This document shows, one piece after another, positions 10,097-20,029 of a DNA stretch of 64,000 nt (positions within the stretch are counted from its first letter, which is position 1; each line of letters starts with the position of its first letter). The stretch comes from an uncultured Bacteroidales bacterium. GTDB lineage: Bacteria > Bacteroidota > Bacteroidia > Bacteroidales > UBA11471. The stretch lies in NCBI GenBank assembly GCA_947625885.1, contig CANQQA010000008.1, forward strand, positions 12,492 to 76,491. The letters run 5' to 3'. A model generated the notes under the pieces. It worked only from the letters and a program-made list of their open reading frames with translations, was not told the origin of the DNA and did not search any database. The translations under genes and the position numbers were made by a program.

Positions 10097-10275
10097 ATTT
10101 TTCGTATCTTTTATTCTTTAATATTTAATTGTTGCTTTTTCCTCTATAAGTTAGAATTAGACATTTTTTCTAATTCCTTTTGGAAGGATCATCAAAAACA
10201 AAATTAGTATTTTTTTCTGTTTTACTGATGATTCTGTAGAAATATTCTCGTTCATATTATTGTGTCATAAGGAAT

Positions 10276-10494
10276 GTGTCAAATAAAGCGGTTTCCACAT
10301 TACAGCTTTATGGTAAAATGAGTTTAACCAACTACATAACGCAATCTGTTGTCGGTGCTGTTATCTATTTCCCATTCGTATTCTATTTAGCCCCTTATTG
10401 TGGGTATGCAGCAAGTTATCTTATCGAATTCATTCTCTTTGGGAGTCAAATATGGTTGTGCAAATGGTGGCTGACAAAACATAAACAAGGTTAG
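10276..10494 (+). pseudogene. C-terminal fragment of a DUF418 (YeiB-like) membrane protein
   Basis: GKMSLTNYITQSVVGAVIYF...WWLTKHKQG resembles the conserved DUF418 tail. It has no matching N-terminal part and is flanked by AT-rich noncoding DNA. Confidence 0.45.
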
Positions 10495-10680
10495 TTGGAA
10501 TGTTTTTGGTATAATGTTTATAAACATAAATCAAGAAAGAGCAAATAAATTTAATAGAGGCTGCCCAAAAAGAAAGAAAGTCTTGCAATCACTCTCCTAC
10601 AGATACTTGCAGAGGGGATATGATTTACTTTTAGACCTTTTGGATAGCCCCTATTAATATTTTATATAAAATTCCTAATT

Positions 10681-12825
10681 TTAAATTTTTATCCCTTTCG
10701 ATCGGTTTTTATTCTTTAACTGAAAACCCGGTCGTCCGATGATGACATGGTCGCCAATGATGTTGCCCGTTGGATTTCGCTCATTCACCGGGCTGCGTAT
10801 CTGCGGTGCATCATCAGTTTGTTGTGGCGATATGCTCCGTACACCTTCCGAAACAGGCTTGACCTCCTGTCCATCCTTTTCTTTTTCGTCGGCTTCCTGC
10901 GTAGGCGGCGCAAGTTCCAGCTGTATCTTTCGGTCAAGTGCGGCAAGTTCGGACTTAAGCTGTTTCAGTTCGTCCTCCTTTTTCCATACCTTGCCCGCTA
11001 TCTCCTGCAACTGCGGAACTTCCTTTTCCAGCACCTCGTTCTTTCCCTTGTACTGGTCGATTATGGACGGAATCCGCTCCAATGCGTTCAGGAAATTACG
11101 TGCGGCGGCTACCGAATCAGCCATCGCCAGATGCCCGTTGTTGTAGGTGTACTTGTAGTTTCCCTCCACCACGAAGCGGTTATCGGTAAACTCCAGCCCC
11201 TCTTTGAGTATCCTCTCGCTTACCACCTTTATCGGAAAGCCGTAAAGTTCCCCGACAGGCTTGTACAGCCCGCCCGTAGTGGCGTTCTTGGCTATCTCCT
11301 GCAAACGCTTTCCGATAACCTTTTCATCGGTAGAATCCACGCCGTCCACCTTGACCGCATTCAGGCGGTTGCCCTCCTTGTCCGTCTGCACAACGGAAAG
11401 AAAGCGGTTCCAATCTTCCGTCATGGCTTCGATGACAGCCGTGTTGTTACGCAGTTCCCCCGTCTTGGCTTCCAGCTTGAACTCCGAATCGCGCTTGCCC
11501 TTGTTGAACGACTTGCGTTCCCCTTCAAGCGATGCGATACGCTTCTCCAGTTTCGCCTTGTCCAAAAGGTCGGTATTGCCGGAGAGCAACGCCATGTACT
11601 CCGAGAAATTCATGCCCGATTTCTCGTCCATCGCCCCCTCGTCGATGGTACGCGCGCCCATCGCCCCGCTTTTAAGCTGCGAGATGAACGTCTGCTTGCA
11701 GTGCAGCAGGTTGAACTTGTAGCTGTCCAGCGACTTTTCCACCGCGTAGATGATGACATCCACATTGTTCCCGGCAAAATGCTTGGCAATCTCGTTGCCT
11801 GCCCTGACTCCCCGTCCGTCACGCTGTTGCAGGTCGGACGGTCGCCAAGGCGTATCCAAATGATGGATGGCGACACACCTTTTTTGCGCATTCACGCCCG
11901 TTCCGAGCATGGAGGTGGAACCGAACAGCACGCGCACCGTTCCGGCGTTCATGGCGTCTATCACCGCCTTGCGCGCCTTGTCGGTCTTGCACTCCTGAAT
12001 GAAGCGCACCTCGCTTGCCGGTATGCCGTAGTCCTCCGTCAGCTTCCGCTTTATCTCACTGTACACGTTCCACCCGTCGCCCGGCTGGTACGTCCCCAGA
12101 TCCGAGAACACGAACTGCGTGCCTTTCTGCGCGTCGTATTTATGGTAATACTCCGCAATCGTCTTGGCACAGTGGGAAGCCTTGTTGTCGGGGTGGTCTT
12201 CGTAGTTCGGGTCTATCATGCGCATATCGAGAGCCATCTTCCGTGCGTAATCGGTGGCGATCAGCATCTTTGCCTTCTCTTCCGTTTCCGACAGGGGCGG
12301 TCTACCGAGCAGCGTGGCGTCGCCCGTCTTGGCGAACTGCATCAGTTTTTGAATGAAGTCCTCCTGCTCCGGCGTGGGCGGTATATGGTGCAGTATCTCG
12401 TTCTTGTGCGGACGATCCACACCCACATCCTCTGCCGTGCGGTAGTCGGTTATCTCGTTGTAGAAGGCGGCAAGCTCCGGCACTTTGATGAAGTAGCGGA
12501 AACGCTCCTTCTGCACCACGTTGTTCGTCACGTTGAACTCGAAATCGGTCGTCTTCTTGGCGAAGATAGCCGCCCATGCGTCAAAGCACCGGATATCCTG
12601 CCGTTCCAGTTCCTTCGGGCGCAGGTACTTGAAGAGCAGGTACAGTTCCGTCAGCGAGTTGCTGATGGTCGTGCCGGATAGGAACGTCGCCCCCAAGTCC
12701 TTACCCGTGCGCTCTTGTATGGTGCGGATGGCAAAAAGCATATTCAGGGCTTTCTGGCTTCCTTCCGAGTTGCCCAAACCAGCCACACGGTCATGCCGCG
12801 TGTTGAAAGTCAAGTTCTTAAATTG
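10681..12825 (-). pseudogene. C-terminal half (helicase C-terminal domain onward) of the split CTn methylase-helicase, bmhA-like
   Basis: The frame resumes [19 protein letters not shown]... immediately outside the inserted element. Helicase motifs [13 protein letters not shown]-like ([11 protein letters not shown]), ...GTGVNAQ, ...QRDGRGVR. The name bmhA is recalled from CTn341 literature and should be verified. Confidence 0.85.
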
Positions 12826-12859
12826 ATGGCTCAAATCCAAAATTTCGGATTTGAGCCAT
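12826..12859. repeat. lox-like 13-8-13 site: ATGGCTCAAATCC-AAAATTTC-GGATTTGAGCCAT
   Basis: Perfect 13-bp inverted arms with an 8-bp spacer, read directly from the sequence at the left junction of the RIT element. Confidence 0.85.
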
Positions 12860-12884
12860 TATCAGAACTTTTATGAGTTTCCTA
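12857..12884. repeat. Left terminal inverted repeat of the RIT element
   Basis: CATTATCAGAACTTTTATGAGTTTCCTA equals the reverse complement of 16306-16333 at 27/28 positions. Confidence 0.9.
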
Positions 12885-12985
12885 TTAAATCACTCAATTA
12901 TTTAGTAATCATTTGTTTTGATCTGTAAACAGTTCTGATTATATTCCGTCATAATTGTAGAATAACTTTTAAACAAGATGCGATT

Positions 12986-14197
12986 ATGGACATATTTAAT
13001 CTGAATGAAAAAGTCGAGGGGCTTGTTTCTTATTTACAAGAAACCGGTTATTCAGCCATGTACATAGGCTATGTGAAGAAAATGGCTGAGTGGCTATCGG
13101 AAAATACTAACCATTATAAATGGCAGAGTTTCTCCGACGTTGAACCGACATTAAAAGAATTGTGGTCCAACAAGTATACCTACAGGAACAAGGTACGCCT
13201 GTTGCGTGTAATCTGCCAATATATTGAGAATGGATTATTACCCGATGGTTGCAAACACTACAGCAAGCCTCACCACTATGAGTTGCTCGGCGCAGAATAC
13301 AAGGATGTAACGGACATGGCTTTCAACATGGTAGACAGACGTTGCAAATTTTCAATAAATGTGAAGTATGCGCTATCTTCGTTCTTCTTCCGGCTACAGG
13401 AAATGGGAGTGTACTCATTCGAATCAATAACAGAAGATGCGGTATTGGAAGTGTTTTCCAAAGACGGAAAACCGAAAATGGGCCATTCGCTCAAATATTC
13501 GGTGGAATATGGGCTGAAAGCCTGTTTGCCTCACTATGGCAAATCCGTTGAACGTATAATCGCATACCTGCCGTCCATACCCAATATGCGGAAAAACATT
13601 CAATACCTTACGGAGCAAGAACTGACTGCTATCAGGCATACTTTAGAACACGATAGCACAATATCTCTACAGGACAAAGCCATCATAACCTTGGCCATGT
13701 ACACGGGATTGCGTGGATGTGACATCTCTGCACTCACGCTTGACAGCTTCGATTGGGAACACGACCTGATAAAAATCACTCAGGCAAAGACGGGACAGCC
13801 CCTGACATTGCCACTTCGTGCCGTGGTAGGAAACGCTGTATTTGATTACCTGCTCAAAGAACGTCCCCGAAGCCCGGAACCATATGTTTTTCTCACAGTA
13901 CAGGTGCCATACAGAAGGCTTCATACAAGCAATCTCGATGCTATATGCTCAAAAGTCATGTGCAAAGCAGGAATAAGACAAGGTGAAAATGAGAGAAAGA
14001 GTCTGCATCTGTTCCGCCACAATGTGGCAACGGCCCTGTTGCAGGGCGGTGTGCAGCAACCTGTCATAAGTGCCACCCTCGGCCATGCGTCCCCGGATTC
14101 TCTCGACCGCTACCTTAGTGCGGAATTCAAGAGGCTGAAGGAATGTTCATTGAGCATAGAATACTTTCCCGTAGGAAAGGGGGTGTTTGACGTATGA
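12986..14197 (+). CDS. Tyrosine recombinase, first of trio (RitA position)
   Basis: 403 aa; C-terminal catalytic region LHLFRHNVATALLQGG...LGHASPDSLDRYL. Confidence 0.85.
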   Translation: MDIFNLNEKVEGLVSYLQETGYSAMYIGYVKKMAEWLSENTNHYKWQSFSDVEPTLKELWSNKYTYRNKVRLLRVICQYIENGLLPDGCKHYSKPHHYELLGAEYKDVTDMAFNMVDRRCKFSINVKYALSSFFFRLQEMGVYSFESITEDAVLEVFSKDGKPKMGHSLKYSVEYGLKACLPHYGKSVERIIAYLPSIPNMRKNIQYLTEQELTAIRHTLEHDSTISLQDKAIITLAMYTGLRGCDISALTLDSFDWEHDLIKITQAKTGQPLTLPLRAVVGNAVFDYLLKERPRSPEPYVFLTVQVPYRRLHTSNLDAICSKVMCKAGIRQGENERKSLHLFRHNVATALLQGGVQQPVISATLGHASPDSLDRYLSAEFKRLKECSLSIEYFPVGKGVFDV

Positions 14198-15150
14198 AAA
14201 CTATTTCATTCCTATCCAACGCTATAGAAGGGTATGTAAAATACCGCAAGGCTTCCGGGCGTAACAGCCATAGCTATGTCAAGAACGTAATATTGTTCGA
14301 TCATTTTTGCGCAAGGGAATATCCGGGACAAACTGAGCTTACCCAAGAAATCGTGGACAGATGGTGCAGGCAACGTCCGACTGAATGCACAAACTCCTGC
14401 GTGTCACGTGTCTATCCTGTCTTGGACTTCATCAAGTACATGAACAAGCGTGGAATGACGAAAATTGACTTGCCGCAAGTGCCAAGGTCTGTGCCGAGGA
14501 CTTATACGCCGCATCCTTTTACACACGATGAATTGAAACGCTTCTTTGACGCTTGCGACAACATAAAGCCAAGGCGTGGCAGACTCGCGGCCATCCAGCG
14601 CATGACACTGCCGGTGTTCTTCCGTTTACTGTACAGTTCAGGAATAAGGACAACCGAAGCCATCCTGCTGGAATGCGATGACGTAAACCTTGAAAATGGC
14701 GTGGTATCCATCAAACGTGGCAAAGGGTATGACCAGCATTATGTAGTCCTCCATGACACAATGTTGCCCCTGATGCGTACTTATGACGGAAAAATAGATG
14801 GGCTGATTCCGAACCGCAGGGTGTTTTTCCCGACACCGGATGACAAGCCGCACCCTCCTGTATGGGTAACGTACCACTTCAGGGTGCTGTGGCAAAGCTG
14901 CAATTCATCCCGCGCAATCCCATACGAACTAAGGCACAACTACGCCATAGAGAACATAAACAGCTGGACACACCAAGGATTTGCCGTACATGACAAATTG
15001 CTGGCTCTAAGCAAGAGTATGGGGCACAGGCAAATAGAAAGTACATTGGCTTACTACTCTTTGACTCCGGCGATTTCGGACATAATGGCGTGTACCGACA
15101 ATGAAATCAGCCAACAATTAACGCAAGACGATTATGAAAAAGAAGATTAA
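14194..15150 (+). CDS. Tyrosine recombinase, second of trio (RitB position)
   Basis: 318 aa; ATGA overlap with the upstream ORF; SSGIRTTEAILL..., ELRHNYAIENI..., MGHRQIESTLAYY. Confidence 0.85.
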   Translation: MKTISFLSNAIEGYVKYRKASGRNSHSYVKNVILFDHFCAREYPGQTELTQEIVDRWCRQRPTECTNSCVSRVYPVLDFIKYMNKRGMTKIDLPQVPRSVPRTYTPHPFTHDELKRFFDACDNIKPRRGRLAAIQRMTLPVFFRLLYSSGIRTTEAILLECDDVNLENGVVSIKRGKGYDQHYVVLHDTMLPLMRTYDGKIDGLIPNRRVFFPTPDDKPHPPVWVTYHFRVLWQSCNSSRAIPYELRHNYAIENINSWTHQGFAVHDKLLALSKSMGHRQIESTLAYYSLTPAISDIMACTDNEISQQLTQDDYEKED

Positions 15151-16183
15151 CCCACAGGCCATGCAGATTGCCGCGTGCCTGCATGACTGGCTTGAACACC
15201 ATGTGCCTTCCATCAAGGCGTGCAGCCGACATACCCTAAGAAACTACCATGTTTCCATGACGCTTTATGCAGAGTTCCTCAGAACGGTAAAAGGCATAAC
15301 GCCCGAAACGTTGAATGCTGATTGCTTTTGCAAGAAAAACATTGAGGAGTGGATTGTTTGGATGAAAAAAGTCCGTAACTGTAGCCCGGCAACCTGCAAT
15401 GTGAGATTGTCCGCCTTGCGCGCTTTTCTGAAATACCTATCAGATAATGACATATCATTCGTTTCAGTGTTCCTGCAGGCGGAGAATGTGCCGAATGAAA
15501 AAACTCCAAAAAGGAAAGTGATCGGGCTCAGCAAGTTGGCTGTTGACACGCTTTTATCCATGCCAAACCAAAGAACCGCCATTGGTTTTCGTGATTACAC
15601 GCTTCTGCTTCTTCTGTATTCGACTGCCGTGCGCATCAATGAGCTTTTGACGCTGAAGATTTGCAATATTACCATGGACTGCGCAAAGCCTCACATAATT
15701 GTCATAGGAAAAGGACGAAAGAGACGCCCAATACCTCTTCTGGCAAAGCCTGTTCAATATTTGAAGAAATACCTTACCGAGTATCATCCTAATCCTGGCG
15801 ATGCTGAAGCATTACTCTTCAGTTCAAAAAGCAGAGGTATATACACGCCCATGTCTGCGGAAAATGTTAATAAAATGCTGAAAAGGTACGCAAAGATGGC
15901 GCATGGCAAATGCAGTGACGTTCCTTTGGACATACATGCGCATCAGTTCAGGCACGCCAAAGCATCCCATTGGCTTGAAAACGGCATGAACATTGCCCAA
16001 ATCTCTTATTTGCTTGGGCATGAGAATATCCAAACGACAATGGTATATCTTGACATAACTACCGAACAAGAGGAAAAAGCATTGGAAACGCTTGAGGATG
16101 AAAACCAGAGGTGCGTTGGTAAGAAATGGAAATCGGCAAAAGGTAAAATGGAACTTGAGGTTTTCTTGGGTTTGCATAAATGA
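15134..16183 (+). CDS. Tyrosine recombinase, third of trio (RitC position)
   Basis: 349 aa; 17-nt overlap with the upstream ORF; STAVRINELLTL..., HAHQFRHAKASHWLENG..., LGHENIQTTMVYL. Confidence 0.85.
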   Translation: MKKKINPQAMQIAACLHDWLEHHVPSIKACSRHTLRNYHVSMTLYAEFLRTVKGITPETLNADCFCKKNIEEWIVWMKKVRNCSPATCNVRLSALRAFLKYLSDNDISFVSVFLQAENVPNEKTPKRKVIGLSKLAVDTLLSMPNQRTAIGFRDYTLLLLLYSTAVRINELLTLKICNITMDCAKPHIIVIGKGRKRRPIPLLAKPVQYLKKYLTEYHPNPGDAEALLFSSKSRGIYTPMSAENVNKMLKRYAKMAHGKCSDVPLDIHAHQFRHAKASHWLENGMNIAQISYLLGHENIQTTMVYLDITTEQEEKALETLEDENQRCVGKKWKSAKGKMELEVFLGLHK

Positions 16184-16305
16184 CGAATGTGGGGTATTGT
16201 GCTTGTAATAAGTACAATGCCTCATTTCATAACAACTCACTCAATAAATAATCCGAACTATATTAAAATGCAACAAAATAAGAATCAGCAACTTGATGCG
16301 AAATT

Positions 16306-16333
16306 TAGGAAATTCATAAAAGTTCTGATAATG
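16306..16333. repeat. Right terminal inverted repeat of the RIT element
   Basis: TAGGAAATTCATAAAAGTTCTGATAATG; pairs with 12857-12884. Confidence 0.9.
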
Positions 16334-19300
16334 CGATTCGTCAATAAAAATATGGTCGATGCCCATCTGCTTGAAGTCCACCACGTCGTCCGTGCGCGAC
16401 TTGATGGCGTGTTCCACCTTCTCCAGCTTCGCTTCAAGGTTGTGCTTGCGCTTTTCCAGACCTTTCAGCATCGCCCTCGATACGTTCTTGCCCTGCTGCC
16501 GCAAGACTTCGAGGTTTTCCTCCACCGTGTCAAGCTCCGCTTGCAGGATGCGCTGCTGCAACTCCGGCGACTGCGGAATCTTGCCGAACTGGTCGTGCGA
16601 CATGATGACGCAATCATAGTCGTTGTTCTTGATGTTGTTGAAGAAACGCACGCGGTTGGCGGTCGAAAAGTCCTTCTCCGAGGCATAGAGAATCCGCGCG
16701 TTCGGGTATGCCGCCTGATAGGTGGCGGCAATCTCCGCGACATTGGCTTTCAGCCCGATAATCATCGGTTTGTGCGCCAAGTTCAGACGCTTCATCTCAT
16801 GCGCTGCAATGCACATTATCAGCGTCTTGCCTGTACCGACTTCGTGGTCGCAGATGCCACCGCCGTTCTGTTTGAGCATCCAGACGCAATCCATCTGCGA
16901 CGGATAGACGCTCTTGATACCCCTGCTTGCCAGCCCTTTGAGGTTGAGGTCCGGAAAGGTCTGGTGTGAGCCGTCATATTTCGGGCGCACGAAACAGTTG
17001 AACTTGCGGTTGTACATCGTCGTCAGCCGTTCCTTGAACTGCGGCGACTGCTCTTCCAGCCATTCCGAGAACCCGTTACGGATTTCGTCAATCTTGGCGT
17101 TGGCGAGCTGTATGCCCTCGCTGTCGCGTACCTTGATGTCGTTTCCGTGTTCATCCTTTCCTATGGACTTCATCATATCCGGGCAGGTGTTATGCAGGGC
17201 GTGTTTCAACAGGTGCATGCCGTCATAGTTCCGGTAATAGCCCTTCACTAAAAACTCGTCCGTGATTTTCATGGTGCGGTAGCCGCACGCCACCGAAAAT
17301 TCGTCCATGCTTGCGGAGTAGGCGATTTTCACGTCCGTGTCAAAAAGACGGCTCATGTAGGCGGCATATACGCCCGTCGGAATCCAGCGTTCCCCGAAAT
17401 TGAAGTCGAGGTCTTCAAAAGCGATGCGCGGCGGCTCGGCTTCTTTCAGAGCCTCCAACGCCTGCTTCACTTCCGGCATACGCCCGTTTTCGGGGTTGTC
17501 GCCCATCCATGCCTCGATGCGTTCCGCCTTCTCTATCACGTTCCCGGCGATGAACCTGTCCTTTATCTCGTAACCGGTTACGAGCGGGTTGTAGAAGATG
17601 CGTCCTTTGAGGGCGTCAAGCAATCCCTCCTCCGTACTGTCGGTTATCTCCCGCATATAGTCGAGATTGACCGTGCCGAACTTGTTGAGCGATGCGGAGA
17701 GTGCCTCTTCGGGAGAGCTTACGTTGGCATGGCTCTCTACCGAGAAGGAAACGGGACGCTCGAAAATGTCCGCCTTGACGAACCTGCCGTCCTCCGCACG
17801 TTCCAGCGAAAGGATGTCGCGTCCTCCTGCATCCATCACCACCAGTTTCACGTTCTGCTTGGCGTTGAGGTTGCCGTAGCGCATGACAAACTCGTCATAG
17901 CAGGTGTTCAGATGCTCACGCCACTGCGGGTTTTCCTCGCGCCTGTTCGATTCATAACGGTACAGACGCTCGTATGCGTCACGGAGCGACACATACAGCA
18001 ACGCCTTCTCTTTCTGATAGCCTGTCAGTCCAAGCGGCTGGAATGTCGCGCCGTAAGGCGTGATGTCTTTCAGATAACCGATGTTACGACGCCCACTGTC
18101 AGCCACTAACGAGCCTTCACGCAAGTGCATTTCCGGCGTGCGGTGGTAGGGACGCGGCGACAGGTCGGGAGCTTCCTCTTTCGGTTTTTCCGCTTCCATT
18201 TCGGGAAAAAGGGAGGTTGCAGCCGCTTCCGTTGCGGGAGCGACAGGAATGGCGGCAACTTCCGGCTGTGTTTCGGGTTGCCGTGTTTCCTGCTCCGGCG
18301 CGGCTTTCACGTCCGGGACATGCTGCCGTTTCTCCTGATGCTGTGCCGCCAGCCTGCGAAGTTCCTTGCGTCGCTCCGGCGTGAGGTCCATCATCATTTC
18401 ATAGAAGCCGTTGATGGGCGGATTGGTGTCCCAATCCAAAGTAGCGTAAATATCATCCGGATCGGCTTTGGCTGCGACACTCACCGGCTTTGTTTCATGG
18501 CTGTCCCTGCTTTCCGTCGGCGGTGCGGCAGACGGCTGTGGCGGTGCGGTCGTAACCTTCGGCGTAACCTGCGCCTGCGGTTTGGGAGGCATGCGCCTTG
18601 CCGGGCTTTCCTTTTTCGCCGTCTTTTTCTTCTTGGCGGGTGCTTCCTGCTTGCGTACTTCCTCCGTCATGCCCCAGAGGTCGAGCAGGGAGAGCTGCAC
18701 GCCCTCCGAATAATCGGGGCGGCGCGGCTCTATCTCCGACTTTTCTTCCTCCGGCTGCGGTGTTGCCGCTTCGGGCTTCACTGCCATTTCATGACGTGGC
18801 TGTATCTCAGGAGTGACAACCGGTGTGGAAATGGTTTCTGTCACCGTGCTTTTCCCCTGTGCCGGATGCAGGCTGTGCATTTCATACAGCTTTTTGTCCA
18901 ACTTATACAGCTCAATATCCATATGTTCCCGCAAATCCTCCGCCATTTGCTCGATGCCGTCCCGGTGCATGACTTTATAGGCTGGTTTCCCGTAAGGGTC
19001 TGTGCCGCTTATCAGATCCGAGTGGGGAATCATGCCGATGCTGCCGACATACCCGTTCTGGAAACTACCTATCGGTGTCTTTTCCGTCTGCACGAACAAC
19101 TCTTCATAATCGTACAGCTCCCGTTTCTTGCCGCTGTTCTTTTGCAGGATAATCAGGTCGCTACCCACTTCCGTACCCGCGTTGTCCGTGAAGAGGTTGT
19201 TCGGCAGGCGTGCGACTCCCACCAGATTGGCATTACGCATCATATACTCGCGTATGGGCGCGTTGGACGGTGCGTCCAGTACCCCTTGAGAGGTGATGAA

Positions 19301-20029
19301 CGCCACGATGCCGCCCTCACGCACCGCGTCAAGGCTTTTCAGGAAGAAGTAGTTGTGTATTGCCTTCGGTGCGGAACGCCTTGCCGGGTCTTGGCTGCCC
19401 GTGAACTCCGGGTCGAACACAGCCACGTCGCCGAACGGGATGTTCGAGATAGCAAGGTCGAAATAGTCCGTGAATGGCTTCTCTATCTTCTCGAATCCCT
19501 GCACCCTTACCTTTTGGTCTGGATGCAGGTATCCCAATATTTTGCCCGTCATCAGGTCTTTCTCGAAAGCCATGATATCCGCGTCCGGCTTGTTTTCCAG
19601 CACGGCATCCACGAATGCGCCCACGCCCGCCGACGGCTCCAATACGCGATCGGGACGTATGCCGTGTTCATGCAGTACATCCGCGATAGTGCCGGTTATC
19701 TCCGGCGGGGTGTAGAAAGCGGTCAGCACGGACTGCTTCATGGCATCCACGTACCGCTTGTACTCCGTATCGTCCTTGCTGTTTTCACGCACCAGCCTGT
19801 GCAGCTCCACCGTAGGGGCAAACAGTTCGAGGTCCGATTTCGCCCAATGCACGGCATCCGTCAGTTCCTTTGCCGGGTTCAGTATGCACTTCAATCCGCC
19901 GAAACCGCAATACTTCCGAAGTATGGCTTGTTCCTCGGCGGTTGCCGTCCTCCGTTCCCTGTCAAGGATGAATGCCGTCCGTATCGCCTCGATGTTGTCC
20001 CGCAGCCGTTGTTTGCGGTTAAACGCCAT
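16331..20029 (-). pseudogene. N-terminal 1233 codons of the split CTn methylase-helicase, bmhA-like (N6-adenine methyltransferase plus helicase N-terminal domain)
   Basis: The authentic frame ends ...GIDHIFIDESH, then runs 29 junk codons into the inserted element. Contains a methylase-like region (LEPSAGVGAF, ...SNIPFG), a Pro/Glu-rich linker and helicase motif I (HEVGTGKT). Confidence 0.85.

Larger units (their letters stand above)
12826..16333 (+). mobile_element. Recombinase-in-trio (RIT)-type element inserted in the methylase-helicase gene
   Basis: Three overlapping tyrosine recombinase genes; 28-bp terminal inverted repeats; ATG at both junctions; AT-richer than the flanks; in-frame restoration of the host ORF when removed. 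Confidence 0.8.

Noticed and set aside
10747-12681. 644-aa plus-strand ORF antisense to the helicase C-terminal fragment
   Set aside because: It mirrors a well-supported minus-strand gene. Its R/L/V/H-rich composition has no recognisable motifs, which is typical of a shadow ORF in GC-rich DNA.
10681-12840. Treating the 719-aa ORF (TTG start at 12840) as an independent helicase gene
   Set aside because: Its first five codons come from the inserted element's end. The rest continues the frame of the upstream 1233 codons once the element is removed, so it is annotated as half of a split gene. Possible independent translation is kept only as a low-confidence idea.
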